From NCBI RefSeq assembly GCF_006345805.1, contig NC_043024.1, positions 4,836,001 to 4,900,000 on the forward strand: a stretch of 64,000 nucleotides of DNA, written 5' to 3'. Positions 38,297 through 51,645 of this stretch are shown piece by piece. Under the pieces are notes generated by a model. The model saw nothing but the letters and a program-made list of their open reading frames with translations. It made no database searches and was not told the DNA's origin. The DNA comes from Octopus sinensis (lineage: Eukaryota). Numbering within the stretch: position 1 is the first letter of the stretch; each line of letters opens with the position of its first letter. The position numbers and the translations under genes were made by a program.

Positions 38297-40419
38297 CCAT
38301 ATCATTGTGATTTATGCAATAAATCATTCTCACAAAAACATCAATTAATTAAACACAAGTGCACTTGTTATGCAAATGATCCGTAGCGCAATGACATTTC
38401 TTGTATAACATTCCCCGAGGAAAACCTTTAGACATGATTGAAACGATGTTATGAATGTGATATCTCTAGTAAATCTTTCATTTGAAATCATCCATTGACA
38501 GAGGAAGGAAAACACATCACTGTGATGTTAAACCTGAATCATTCTTTCAAAATGGTGAATTGTTTGTACACAGTCCTATTAATATGAAAGATATAACTGT
38601 AACCTAAGCTCTTTGTGCTAAATCAATCTATGAAAATGATCAATTATTGAAATGTAAATGCATTCATACAGAAGAAAAACCACGATGATGATGATCCTCA
38701 TCATTTAAAATTCACTTTTCCATGCTTCTATGGATCAGATGGAATTCATTGATGGAGATTTTCTACATCTGGGTACCTTTCTTGTGACCAATCCTCACCA
38801 GTTTCTAGGCAAGGACATATTTTCCCTGGTGAGACATTTTTGACTCAGAAGACTGGAAATGAACAACTGCACAAGTATGACGGTCATGATGGCCATTTAC
38901 GAGCATAATATACAATCTGGACAAGGGTACACACACACTCACTGACACACTTGTTCAAAGATTTACTTGTTTTCTCTACATGTAAAAGTTTGTGATTCCT
39001 ATTAGGAAATGAAACACATGTAATGCTGAATAAATAATATCAAACTTTTCTCCAGTCTCTTTATGTGATATGTAATTACCTTGCAAAAAATATTATCCAA
39101 ACCTCCCACAAAAATAATACACACACACACACACACACACACACAGATGTGGTGGTGAGTGCATAGTGAAAACGGTTTTGTCTTTTCATTGAAATAAATT
39201 TTTGTATCACCTACAAATTGAAATTTGTATTGGCTCTGATCCATCACCTTGGCTTATAAGTTACCAATGATGTGGTTTTCAGTGTATGCCATGTTCCTTT
39301 AATTTTTTACTCACATGAAATTGTGACTCCTATATTTTACTATACAATTTTTGTTTTCTAGAAGAATAATTTGAGCATTTCAATTTCAAAATGTAATTTT
39401 ATTTGTTATGGTCAAAATGGAAAAATAAGAGTGAATATTTATTTTATGAGTGCTGTGTATTAAGTCTATAAAATTGTGCATAAAATATATAAGCTATATG
39501 AAGTGCATTGAGTCATTATTATATTCCAATTTCCTTCACTTTTCAATGAATAAGAGATGGGTGACTATCTTTTGATTCAGACACAACACAGGCTACACTT
39601 TCGAGGTTTTAGATAAAGTTTTCAGAAATAACCGAATAGGTTTGCTATTAATTCATGAAATGTTCACGGGTCCCACTAGTTCACATTAAGAGAATCATGT
39701 AGTGAACTGAAGGTAGAGGTGAAGAATGAGAGACAAAGTGGAAGGGAGAAGTGTTAATGATATGTGGTGTAGTGAAGAAGGAATACTTATTACTTGGTTA
39801 ACAGGTTAGCTGAAGGGAAAAATGAAGAGAAAGAGATATGTTTAGGATACATTATTTGTGAGAGAGTGAGGTTAAAGAGAAGGAGATAGAAAGAGATGGA
39901 CAGTGGAGGCAGATAGGGTTTGTATTGTTAAAAGTTGATATCATCAAAGACCTGAAATGAAATAAATTTTGTTCCTGAAACTTATAGTGATGATGATGGT
40001 GGTGGTGGTGTGTTGATTGCAAAAAGGATTTTCTTTTTTTTATAAAGACCATCACTCAACACTTGCACTTCTGTGCAATTATTTATCGCCTTCTCACTTA
40101 AGAGATTGATATTTCTTTCTAAGGATTAATTTAGCCTAAACTATGGATTCACAAGAGACACAGTTGCAAGCTGCCTGAGAAAAGATGCACAGATCTAGAG
40201 CATGGAACACTAAGAAGATATAATAAAAAAGAGGAAAAAGATGGCACCGATGGTGTTGTGAGGAATTGGATGTAGACAGATGCCAAGTATATTCAAAGAA
40301 AGCTAAAACTATGAATGCTATAAAAATGCAAATCATCCTCTCTTTCTTAAATAGGTCCTCTTAATTTTTTTCATTCTGTAGAATTTACATGGGTCCCACT
40401 AGTAATTAATAATAAACTA

Positions 40420-40640
40420 AAGTGGCAAACTGGCAGGGTCGTTAGCACGTTGGGGAAAATGCTTAGCTCTGGGTCTTCTGACATGACATTTGCATTTAAA
40501 TTCTGCCAAGGTGGACTTTGTCCTACATCCAGAGATGGGTTTGATGAAAGGAAGCCCCTTTTGAGCACTGGAGTTGAAATAATCAATTCAATGCTTCCTG
40601 TGGAATTTCCGGCCTTGTTCCAAAATCTCAAAACCGTTAA
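40420..40640 (+). mobile_element. Old SINE-like remnant (paralog at about 60065-60295)
   Basis: CTGGCAGGGTCGTTAGCAC...AAATTCTGCCAAGGTGGACTTTG is shared by both copies; the SINE call is from recall of similar repeats. Confidence 0.5.
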
Positions 40641-41080
40641 TTCCAGTCTCTTATATTCACTCTCACCCATGGAAATGCCATGACCATGGGATGTGTGCCA
40701 CCAGAGGGGGAGAAGAAGGAAACCTCGTTGGTGGGATGTGTGCCACCGAGCGAGGAAGCTGAGGCCCCTCCCGATGAATGAGTGGAAAAATTTGTTCTAT
40801 TGGAGGGGAGGGGCCATTGATAATTATGTGGAAAATGTCCTTGACAGTCGGGGACTAATAGACCCGACTTTCATTGACAGACCAGAGTGGCCTCCTCAGG
40901 TGGCTGCTCTGGTACAGGAAAGAAAGGGCTCTTTTCACATGTCAGTGCCATCTTTATGTAAGTAGTACCCGCAATAATAGTGATTTTTGAGGAAGAATTT
41001 TCAAAGAAACGCTTTCAAAAAATATCAAATCTATAAAGTAGAGCCGAAATTCTTAAAAGAATAGAGTTAGTTCCCCTTGA

Positions 41081-44000
41081 ACTTTCATCTGCGTTTTGAG
41101 AAATTTGCTGCCTTTTGTTGAGAGAGTTCGATTTTTTGCTCATCGTTGTTTGTGTTAATTGTTAATTGAACAGTGCCCGTTGTGTAACGGTAATTTTCGC
41201 CCTACGGGGCAGAAAATTCTATGTTTAAAATTGTTATTACCTTCGAGGTAAGTTTTGAAACATTTTTGAGAAATGGATTTCGACTTGGCGTCGAAGAATG
41301 ATTTTCCCGCGATGGGAACAAGTGAATTAAAGGACACTGAAGTAACAAAACAGTCTTTTTCGGCCGCGGTAGGCGGAACCATGATGGACGTTGAATTCAA
41401 GATCGAACAACTGTTCGAATTTAGGAACCTTGTAAAAATGGAAGGAAACGAAATCAAACTTGTACCGCCGCAAGCGAAGGTACAAGAAATAAAGGAAAAA
41501 ACAGTTATATACAAAGTGTATAGCTACAAAGAAAAGAAACTTATGGACGTCAGAAACGAAATGGTCGAAAAGTGCTTGTCCCCGGTGTGGGACAAAATTC
41601 GCCATGTCGTTCGAGGTGCTGGCAGTGCTACTGTTGAAGCACATTTTGACTCGGCTGAGGTAGCAAGAGAGGTGTCATCATTGACCCTGAAAAATGATAT
41701 CATGCTGCTACCCTCGTATATGGGAAAAAGAACAGCTAAACTGCTGGTAGAGGACATACCGAGAGGGTATGATATAATGTGGGTAGCAGCGGCGGTCCTG
41801 CACAATGTAGAGCGGGAAATTTCGATTCTGCAGATGAGAAGGAAAGAGGAGGTACGCTGGAAGGGACAGACGCTGGAACTCCTCGTTCAGGCAGAAAACA
41901 AGATATTGGAGAACCTGCCCGATAGGATATTTAACGAGGATGGAACGTCCATGAGAGTGTCAGTGGAGGGGCGCAGACCTAGGTGTTTTAAATGTGGCGA
42001 GAAGGGTCACGTCCGCTCGAAATGCTTAAAAAAAAAGAAAACCAATGAAGCCCCTCCTCAAAGTGCTTCTAACACTGAAGGGAAGAAGGCGGAAAAAGAA
42101 AACAAGACGACGACAAGCAAAGAAACAGAAACGGAGGATTGTATCGAACAAATGGATTACACACAGGTGACACACAAAAGAAAAAAAGACAACACCCTGG
42201 ACTCCCCTCCCCAAACAAGGAAAAAATCAGCAAGCACCGCAGACATACACACAAAGCAAATTCCCCAGCCCTACCCCCATGGCACTGTATTCATTGGAAA
42301 ACAGTTCGCCAAGCCCCTCCCCATAAAACAAGATGTGAAAAAGTCTTTAAAAAAAAATGATAAGATCATTGCTTTTGATGAAAAAAACGAAAGGGTATAT
42401 AAATACTATAAACTTTCAAAATTTAAACTATTTAGCAAGGCTACAGACATAAAAGCAACCACTCGCTTCGCAAAAATAAAGGAAGACGAGTGGAAGGAGG
42501 AAATACTACAAGAACATCTAAAGAATAGACTGATTAGAGATGTAACAAAAGAAGTACTGGAGGGTAAACTTGTTATAACCCCGGCAACCACACCTACCCA
42601 GAGCCCGGTGGCAACGCCGGTTAAGAGCCCTGCAGCTACGACCACAAGGGAGGAAGAAGGGGAAGGGGGCAGATTTAAACTGTCATGCTCCCTTTCTCAA
42701 CCGTAAGTTCATTTATTTTTTCTCTCACCGACAATGGCTAAGCTGGGTTGTGTGAATGTACGTGGAATGGGGACGAAATGGAAACAAATTTGTTTCCTGA
42801 ACGACCTCACGACACATGGAGTAGACATAGCTATTGCAACCGAGTCCAAGATGAACGAAGCCCAAGCGTTCTCGCCTCTTCTAATGGGTTCGAGAAATGG
42901 GTTCGAGAAATTTATTTCTCCTAGCCGAGGAAGAGGCAGAGGCGTGGCAGTCCTTATCAGGAAGAGCTTGGACTTGCAGGTAAGTACTGTCTTTCTGGAC
43001 CCAGAAGGCAGGCTGGTTGTTCTGGATGTGACCCACGTAAGTAAACAGTCCTTCAGGTTGGTAGCTGTCTACGCTCCGAACGAGGGTAGACAGACGGGTT
43101 TTTTTCGGAACCTGGAGCCCTTTTTAGCGACGTCGAAAACGGTAATCCTAGTAGGGGACTTTAACACTGTCCTTGAAGCGCGGGTCGACAGTGTTGGCTC
43201 AACCAATAGGAAGGGGAACCCTAGCCTCAAGGGTCTACTAGAGAGCTTTGATCTAGTGGACCGTTACCGACTGGATGAGCCGAGCGTTCCACAGTGGACG
43301 TGGAGTAACAACGACGGCTCACACAGATCGTATTTAGATAGGATATTTATTAAGAAAAGAGATAAGGATACGTTTAGTTGTCCACAGTTTCACATTGTAC
43401 CTTACACGGATCACAAATTTGTGACGTGTAGGATGCAATTAGACAAGTGTCATAGACAGGGACCCGGGTACTGGAAGCTGAACAAGGCTATTTTGAATTG
43501 TGAAGACTTCCGTACCCGGATTAAGATGTTAGTACAGAGGGCATATGGTGGCACTCCCTCAAAAGAGCCATTCGTTCAGAGTCCATTAGATTTAGCAATC
43601 AGCTAAGGTTAGATAGGTCTAGGATAGAGGACGATTTAGTTAAGAATCTAAACGAGGCAATGGAAGCTGGCTCTGCATCCGGAGTGATGGCGGCAAGGAC
43701 GGTATTGTACCGTCACCTTAACTCCAAACACGAAGGTTGCAGAGTCAGAGCTAAGCTACGCGCTGGGAAACGAGAAGGTATTAACGTTGTCGAGTGGAGA
43801 GTCAGAGAGGTAACAAAGCCTCAATCAAGTCTTTAACTGACGAACAGGGACAAAAGATCTATGGACAGGAGGAGATGCAAAAGTTTCTTCACCAGCATTT
43901 CGCCCGCGTGTTCGGGGGTGGTGTGGCGCCGGAGCGGGGGAGGACCTTAAAGGACTTCCTGGCCGGCGGACCGCGGCTCTCGGGGCGTGAGGTGGAGTGC

Positions 44001-46354
44001 TGTGAAGAAACGATCACTCCCGCGGAGATAGAGGGGATACTGGCCGGATGCGCCGGGGAGAAGTCGCCGGGGTTGGATGGTCTGCCCTACGAGTTTTACC
44101 AAAGTATGCCGGACTTGTTCGGGAGAATATTGGCAGGCGTCTACACGAACTGGCAGCAGAATGGGAGAATTCCCAGTTCTGTAAGCCGGGGAGTGGTGAC
44201 GCTAATCCAGAAAGACCCGAGCAAGGGGGATAACATTAGTAACTACAGGCCCATAACTCTACTTAATGTAGAGTTAAAGATTTTGGCCAAGGTGTTGGCA
44301 AAAAGGTTGACGGTTGTCGTGGAGAAACTTGTAGGGAGAGCACAGACATGTGCAATTCCAGGCGGGTCGATCCAGGACAATCTTCACCTTATACGCTACA
44401 CCTTAGATAGGGTGGGTAAATTAACCGGCAAGGGCGGGGTAATGGTCCATTTAGACCAAAGTAAAGCGTTCGATAGGGTAGACCATGAGTACCTGGCGAC
44501 GGTCCTCGAAGCGGCTGGACTGGGCCTGAATTTCGCGGGTGGATCTCCGCTATGTATAGCGGCATCAAGTCCACCGTCCAGATAAACGGTTACCTAACGG
44601 AACCGTTTTCGATCGAATGTTCAGTTCGTCAAGGGTGCCCCTTGTCACCACTTTTGTACGTGTTGGCTCTTGAGCCATTGCTGCGAAAGTTGGAGAGGCT
44701 GGGAAGTAACTCGGATGAGATCGGAGGTGGGAGGACGGTTACTGCTTATGCGGATGACGTCACCCTCATCGTGTCCAATGAGGCCCAGCTACCTTGTGTG
44801 GAAGAGGCTATCAGAGGATACGAGGCGGTGGCAGGAGCAAAGGTTAACAAGGACAAGTCGGTTGGCTTGCGCCTCGGCACCTGGAGGAGCAGGTAGATAT
44901 CGTCCAGTGTCGTGGGACACTGCACGGATGGCCCTGTTAAGTTGCTAGGAGTTTGGTTTGGGCCAGACTCCCAAACGGAGAGGAACTGGAGTGAGGTGAC
45001 GAGCAAGGTGGAGGCCATAGTACGGACCTGGTCCGGAAGGTTTCTGTCCTTGAAAGGAAGGGTGGAGGTGGTACAGATGTTCATTGCATCTGTAATCACT
45101 TACCGCCTGACCGTTGTCCCTTGCCCCGATTCATGGCTTAGCAAGTTGGAGCGAATCCTTTTCCGCTTTTTGTGGAAGGGAGGAAAGCCACTTGTGAGGC
45201 GCTCCGTTTGCTGCCAGGAACCGTTAAAGGGTGGGTTAGGAATGCCTTGGTTGATGATGCGCAGACATGCGTTGAGGCTGAAGCATCTCTGGCACCACCT
45301 GGAGGGTGATAAGGTGTGGAGTCCGCTGGCAGGGGAATTTTTCCCGAGACCGGCCTCCTTAGTGAATTTTAAACCCGGTCGCATCAAAAGATGGAAACTG
45401 ACTTTATGGCAAAAGGAGTGCAGACAGGCACTCACGCTGATCCACAAGGCGGGCAAGGCCGGCTGCGGAAATACCACCTCGGTATTTTATAGAAGGCTGG
45501 TAGAGGCAAAGAACGACGACGTCCTAGGAGGGGCTCTGGGGTTTGACGAAGACCAGCTTACCAACCTGTTTAAAAAGACTTTCAGGACGGGGTATTTGGA
45601 TAATTTCCAAAGATTCCTGGCCTGGCAGTGCTATAGGAATGCTTTACCTGTTCGCGAGAAGTTATCGCGGCACGGAATTTCAGTGCCACCGACGTGTCCA
45701 AGGTGCGAGTTGGACGATGAAACCGTCCAGCACGCTTTTGTACACTGTCGGAAGTTGTCCGACTTGATAAGTTACGCAGAACATGTGTTATCGCATCTGG
45801 GACGCGTACAGCTGTCGGCTGAGTCTATGATTAAGATGATACCGCCAACTGGACTCTCGAAGGAAGGTGAGGCATGTTTTCACTGCACGGTTGCAGTAGT
45901 AAAAGAATGCATGTGGCGAACAAGAATGGAAGGAGTCGCGATAGGATCCTTTGTCTCGGGCCCCGGCTTGCTCACTTACTTCAGATATCATCTGAAGAGC
46001 AAAATGGGGCTGGAAAAGAGGATCTTACCACGGGGTGTGTATGAGAAAAGATGGAAGGAAGTGGAAAAAAAGGTGGGAGTCAGAAACCCAGCTTAACTAT
46101 GGAGGGAGGAGAGGAAACAAAAGCTGCGGGGCCTTATAAATTGCCGGGGTTTAAAACTTCGGTAAGATCGAAAGTCTATGTAATGTTATAATATTCTATT
46201 GGTCATGTAAAGGACAATTTACAGACGAATTTTTATAATGAATAATCCAAATGTTATGAAAAATTTTTAATCGAACCTCTTAACTGTTTTTTGCATGTAT
46301 GTCCTGTATTTGTCCTTCTATGTAACGATTGTATAATCATAATAAAGAAATATG
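41081..46354 (+). mobile_element. LINE family A, copy 2, full length; ORF1 intact (41273-42706), ORF2 broken
   Basis: TSD at 41064-41080 and 46355-46371. ORF2 has a 12-nt insertion (about 42890), deletions (about 43546 and 43790), a 1-nt loss (about 44527) and a stop at 44896. Confidence 0.95.
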
Positions 46355-47070
46355 GAGTTAGTTCCCCTTGACAACTCTTCCTAATTTTCTTTATTTCTTG
46401 CTCCTGTTTCTCAAGCACCTTGATTGTTTGATCAGTTCCACTTGACAACTGATATTTAAGAGAAAATCCAATCAAATATATACAAATGATTGGTAATTAA
46501 CTGTCTAAAGAAGCATTTACGATTCTGTGGAGCTGAAAAATATGAAGTAACGTTCGTTGGAAAAAGGAAGAAATTCTCTTGAAGCTGTCTGTCCGCTCTG
46601 ACTCGTTGACTCTCTCTTTATATCAATTACTATGTAACTATTATAAAGACATTTCTATTGTATTAAGTATCATATTACGTACATCTGTTTGTTTCCATGT
46701 ATTGAATAAGTTAAAAGAAAGTATCTCACCAAACAAAGAAGAAATTATATGAAAGTAAGGCTGTTATTTTAATAATTACGATGTAATTTGTAAGAAAAGA
46801 TGGGGAATGTATAAAAGTACGATTGTGCACTTGAATTACTGAAACGAAAAGGCAATATCGTATACAGACGAAATGAAAGGGCTTTGAATTGAAACACTAG
46901 AAAGTACCTAATTTGACCAAGAATAAATATAAAAACCCGTTTATATAATCTTTTGCTCAAAAATTTGTTGTGAAGATATAAAAGAAATATCGACACAATA
47001 TATATATAGACATAATAATCAAAAAGTCACTGAGAATGGTTTTAAGTGTGGTTTCACATTTTTATACTTA
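46355..47070 (+). promoter_or_regulatory. Orphan ZNF promoter block, donor mutated to GTAACT (46634)
   Basis: CCAAT pair at 46468-46493; no ZNF exon before the gap. Confidence 0.55.
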
Positions 47071-47189
47071 CGAAATACAAAACCGAATTAAGAGGAAGCA
47101 TTATCTTAATTGAGTCATTATGTCGTAAAAAAGAACATAATAAATGCTAAGAATCAGAGAAAAGATCAACAAAAGTAAAAGATTATTAT

Positions 47190-47235
<46 letters not shown>

Positions 47236-47671
47236 AGATACATCTTTAATTAAACTATTGACCGCCTTAAAACAGGTTTCAACAGACAAATATTACTATA
47301 ATGGATAATATAAGCATATAACTACTTATACACACATACAATAAATACAGACACACACATTAGTCAGACATATAGCCACATATACACACACTGCAAGAAT
47401 ATATTTATTATAAAGTTTAAACAGAACATGGAATGAAATGTATTTATTTATAAACTTTAAACTGAACTTCTATTGTTTTATAAGCCTAACGGCGAACCTG
47501 ACGCAAATACACGAAGTTGACGACTTTCACTTCTGACAGCTAAAAGCATGACAGTATGCAAATCTTCTTTTGCCCAATGATTTGTTCACACTTCAATTTT
47601 GCCCAATAATTTGTTGACACTTCAATTTACTATTTTCTAGAAATGTTTTTTTCTAAATTATTGATATGTTA

Positions 47672-48105
47672 TTTTTTTTTCCTTGTGAAAATTCCGGGGG
47701 AGGGGGTTACCCCGCCTTTCCGGAGCAATTCCGGACCAAAATATGGGATTTGCAGCATATTAGGAGGTCAGGGTACTTGATTCCACGCAAAAAATCTGAT
47801 TTTTTTTTCTTGTGAAAATTCCGGGGGGGGGGGTTACCCCCCCTTTCCGGAGCAATTCCGGACCAAAATATGGTATTTGCAGCATATTAGGAGGTCAGGG
47901 TACTTGATTCCACGCTAGAAATCTGATTTTTTTTTTTTTTTCCTTGTGAAAATTCCGGGGGTGGGGTAATACCCCCCCCCCCCCTTTCCGGAGGAATTCC
48001 GGACCAAAATATGGGATTTGCAGCATATTAGGAGGTCAGGGTATTTGATTCCACGCAAAAAATCCGAGTTTTTTTTTTTTCTTAGTGAAAATCGTGGGGG
48101 TGATA
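47672..48105. repeat. Minisatellite, three units of about 127-138 bp plus a partial unit
   Basis: Unit CTTGTGAAAATTCCGGGGG...CCGGACCAAAATATGG...GATTCCACGC at 47682, 47809, 47943 and (partial) 48081. Confidence 0.9.
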
Positions 48106-48125
48106 ATCTGTAATTTTACCTACAC

Positions 48126-48344
48126 ATGTACATAAAAGCATACCTACATATATCTACCTACACACATACCTATACATACATGCACGTATATACACATACG
48201 TACACGTACCTACCAATTCATATCTACACGCATACACATACATACATCTACACACACACAGAAGACAAGTCCATATATATACACAAATATATATATACAT
48301 ATTATATATATACATATACATATATAACATATACATATATATAC

Positions 48345-48419
<75 letters not shown>

Positions 48420-48675
48420 CACGCACGCACCTACCTACATATACATACACATATATAGTTACACCAGTCATATACATACCTACATACACATACATCCATA
48501 TATCTATACATATACATACACATATATATACACATGCACATACTAATACATACGCATATCTATGCACACACATCTATCTACATATATAAAAAAAAGAAAC
48601 CCAACAAGTCATACTATAACACACATACACATACATACATACATATACACATATATACCCATACATATATACACA

Positions 48676-48724
<49 letters not shown>

Positions 48725-49124
48725 GGGCTTAGTAAAATAAATTACTTTGCCGCATACTGAACTCATTAGAAATAGCAGCTAAAAAACTTTTTTAAGGCTA
48801 TTTCTAATAGCCTTAAAAAAGTTTTTTAGCTGCTATTTCTAATGAGTTCAGTATGCGGCAAAGTAATTTATTTTACTAAGCCCTTTTATATAATGTAATA
48901 ATTGAATTCGCCTTGAATGGTCCCTTTGCATACTGAACACTTGTGGTGAAATTGATTAATAATTAATTAATTTTGCCCTCAATTGTTGAAATTATATATA
49001 TATATATATATAACACATACATATACATACACACACGTCTACATACACATACATATACATCCGTAAGCACACCCATATCCATATACATCCACAGAGGTAT
49101 ACAGGCATATCCACACATATATAT

Positions 49125-49159
<35 letters not shown>

Positions 49160-49171
49160 ATATACATATAT

Positions 49172-49213
<42 letters not shown>

Positions 49214-49217
49214 TCAT

Positions 49218-49253
<36 letters not shown>

Positions 49254-49296
49254 TAACATAGATAATATATACATAATATATATATAGATATATATA

Positions 49297-49333
<37 letters not shown>

Positions 49334-49441
49334 ACACATATAGATATATATATAGATATATATATATATAATAGTATATACATATATATATATAGATGTA
49401 TGTATATATAATATATGTGTATATATATATATATATATATG

Positions 49442-49474
<33 letters not shown>

Positions 49475-49695
49475 CTATATATAGGTATATATATATATAT
49501 ATATTATGTATATATATATATGTATATATAGCATATATGATATATGTAGATATATATAGATATGTATATATATATGTAGATATATATATATATGATATAT
49601 GTATATATATATTATATATATATGTATATATATATATATATATAGATGTATATATATATGTATATGTATATATATATATGTATATATATATATAG

Positions 49696-49749
<54 letters not shown>

Positions 49750-50179
49750 TATATATATATATATATATGTATATATATAGATATATGTATAGATATATAT
49801 ATGGTATATATATATATATATAGATTATGTATATATATATATAATATATATATATATATATGTATATATGTATATATATACAGAATATATATATATTATG
49901 TATATAGTATATATATAGTATATGTATATAGATATATGTATATATATATGTAATGTATATTATATTATATATATGTATCTATATATATGTATATATATAA
50001 TATGTATGATGTATATATATATATATCTATCATATAGAGATAGTATATGGATATATATATATAGGGAGTATATAGATATATATATATATATATATTATCT
50101 ATATGGATATGTATAGATATATATATGTAGGATATATATATATATATAGGTGTAGATATAATATATATATATGTATATG

Positions 50180-50240
<61 letters not shown>

Positions 50241-50412
50241 TATGTATAGTATATATATATATATATATATGTATATGTATATATATATAGATATATGTAT
50301 ATATATATATATATATGTATATGTATATTATATTATATGTTATGTATATATATATGTATATATATATATATATAGTATATGTATATATATATATATATGT
50401 GTATATGTATAT

Positions 50413-50446
<34 letters not shown>

Positions 50447-50455
50447 GTGTATATG

Positions 50456-50489
<34 letters not shown>

Positions 50490-50510
50490 TATGTATATGT
50501 ATATATGTAT

Positions 50511-50558
<48 letters not shown>

Positions 50559-50640
50559 GTATACTATATAATATGTATATATATATATGTATACATATAT
50601 ATATATATGTATATGCATATATATATATATATGTATCTGC
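48126..50640. repeat. Long (TA)n/(CA)n/(TATG)n low-complexity tract
   Basis: Direct inspection. Confidence 0.97.
48720..48888. repeat. Perfect inverted repeat with 83-bp arms and a 3-nt loop
   Basis: 48720-48802 is the exact reverse complement of 48806-48888. Confidence 0.95.
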
Positions 50641-51400
50641 CTCCCTTTGGGAGTTATACAAATCTACAATATAGGATTTCTTCAATTACAATTTACCTAG
50701 CAATTTTAAGAGTACAATGCATCGCGTCATGCCAGGTCCAGGTTTTAAAATTTAAACTCCAATTAAGCAAAATTTACAGAGAAAACTCACATTCTGGTGT
50801 GTGTGTCAAATGCTTTCTTAGTCTGGTTACAGCACACGCAAACGCACACACACACTGTTGTAACGAATAAAATGAAACTAGATGTAATATTTGTTTAATG
50901 TCCATGAACGCTGATAGATACATGAGTAAAATGTATGGGAAGCTAACAAATAAGAGTGAGTGAAAATGTTCTTGGAAGAGAGTAAATTGAAGCTTGAGAA
51001 CAATCAGATACATTTGCAACACATCTGTTGAAAATATTATTATTCACACACACATACATATACAATATACATACAGACAGACAGACAGATAGACCACCAC
51101 ACACACACACAATGATCCAGCATGGCCACAACCTCAAGGCTGAAACATATAAAGAATAACAGAATATAAATGTGTGCATGTGTGTGAGAGAGAGAGAGTG
51201 TGTGTGTTATATGTATGTACGTATGTGTATATATATAATAATGCGGTTTTTTCAACAGCTTGAACTAAAAGTCAGAGGGGAATGGGATAAACTACTTATA
51301 TAACTTGCTATAAAAGCAGGTAGTAATTTTATCTTGTCCTTATTCATAGTGCAAGTTCTGAAGAGTGCATTTCGATTTTAACAGCTATTTTTTTCAAGCT

Positions 51401-51545
51401 ATGTTGGAAGTAACAAAGGAGCATATTTGGCATATTTTGCTTTATGAGTTCAATAAAGACAACAACGCAACGGAAAGTACACAAGAAATATTAATGCAGG
51501 ATATGGGGATTGGACAATAAGCGTAAGGCAGTGTCAATGGTGGTT
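51401..51545 (+). pseudogene. Mariner transposase N-terminal fragment cut by the assembly gap
   Basis: MLEVTKEHIWHILLYEFNKDNNATEST/RNINAGYGDWTISVRQCQWW resembles the mariner N-terminal HTH region. Confidence 0.7.
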
Positions 51546-51645
51546 NNNNNNNNNNNNNNNNNNNNNNNNNNNNNNNNNNNNNNNNNNNNNNNNNNNNNNN
51601 NNNNNNNNNNNNNNNNNNNNNNNNNNNNNNNNNNNNNNNNNNNNN
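51546..51645. other. Assembly gap (100 N)
   Basis: Run of N. Confidence 1.

Noticed and set aside
40136-40336. Hydrophobic ORF MICIFIAFIV... repeated at 59793
   Set aside because: Lies in duplicated intergenic flank, with no domain or independent support.
48126-50870. Many Y/I-rich ORFs
   Set aside because: Translations of (TA)n microsatellite.
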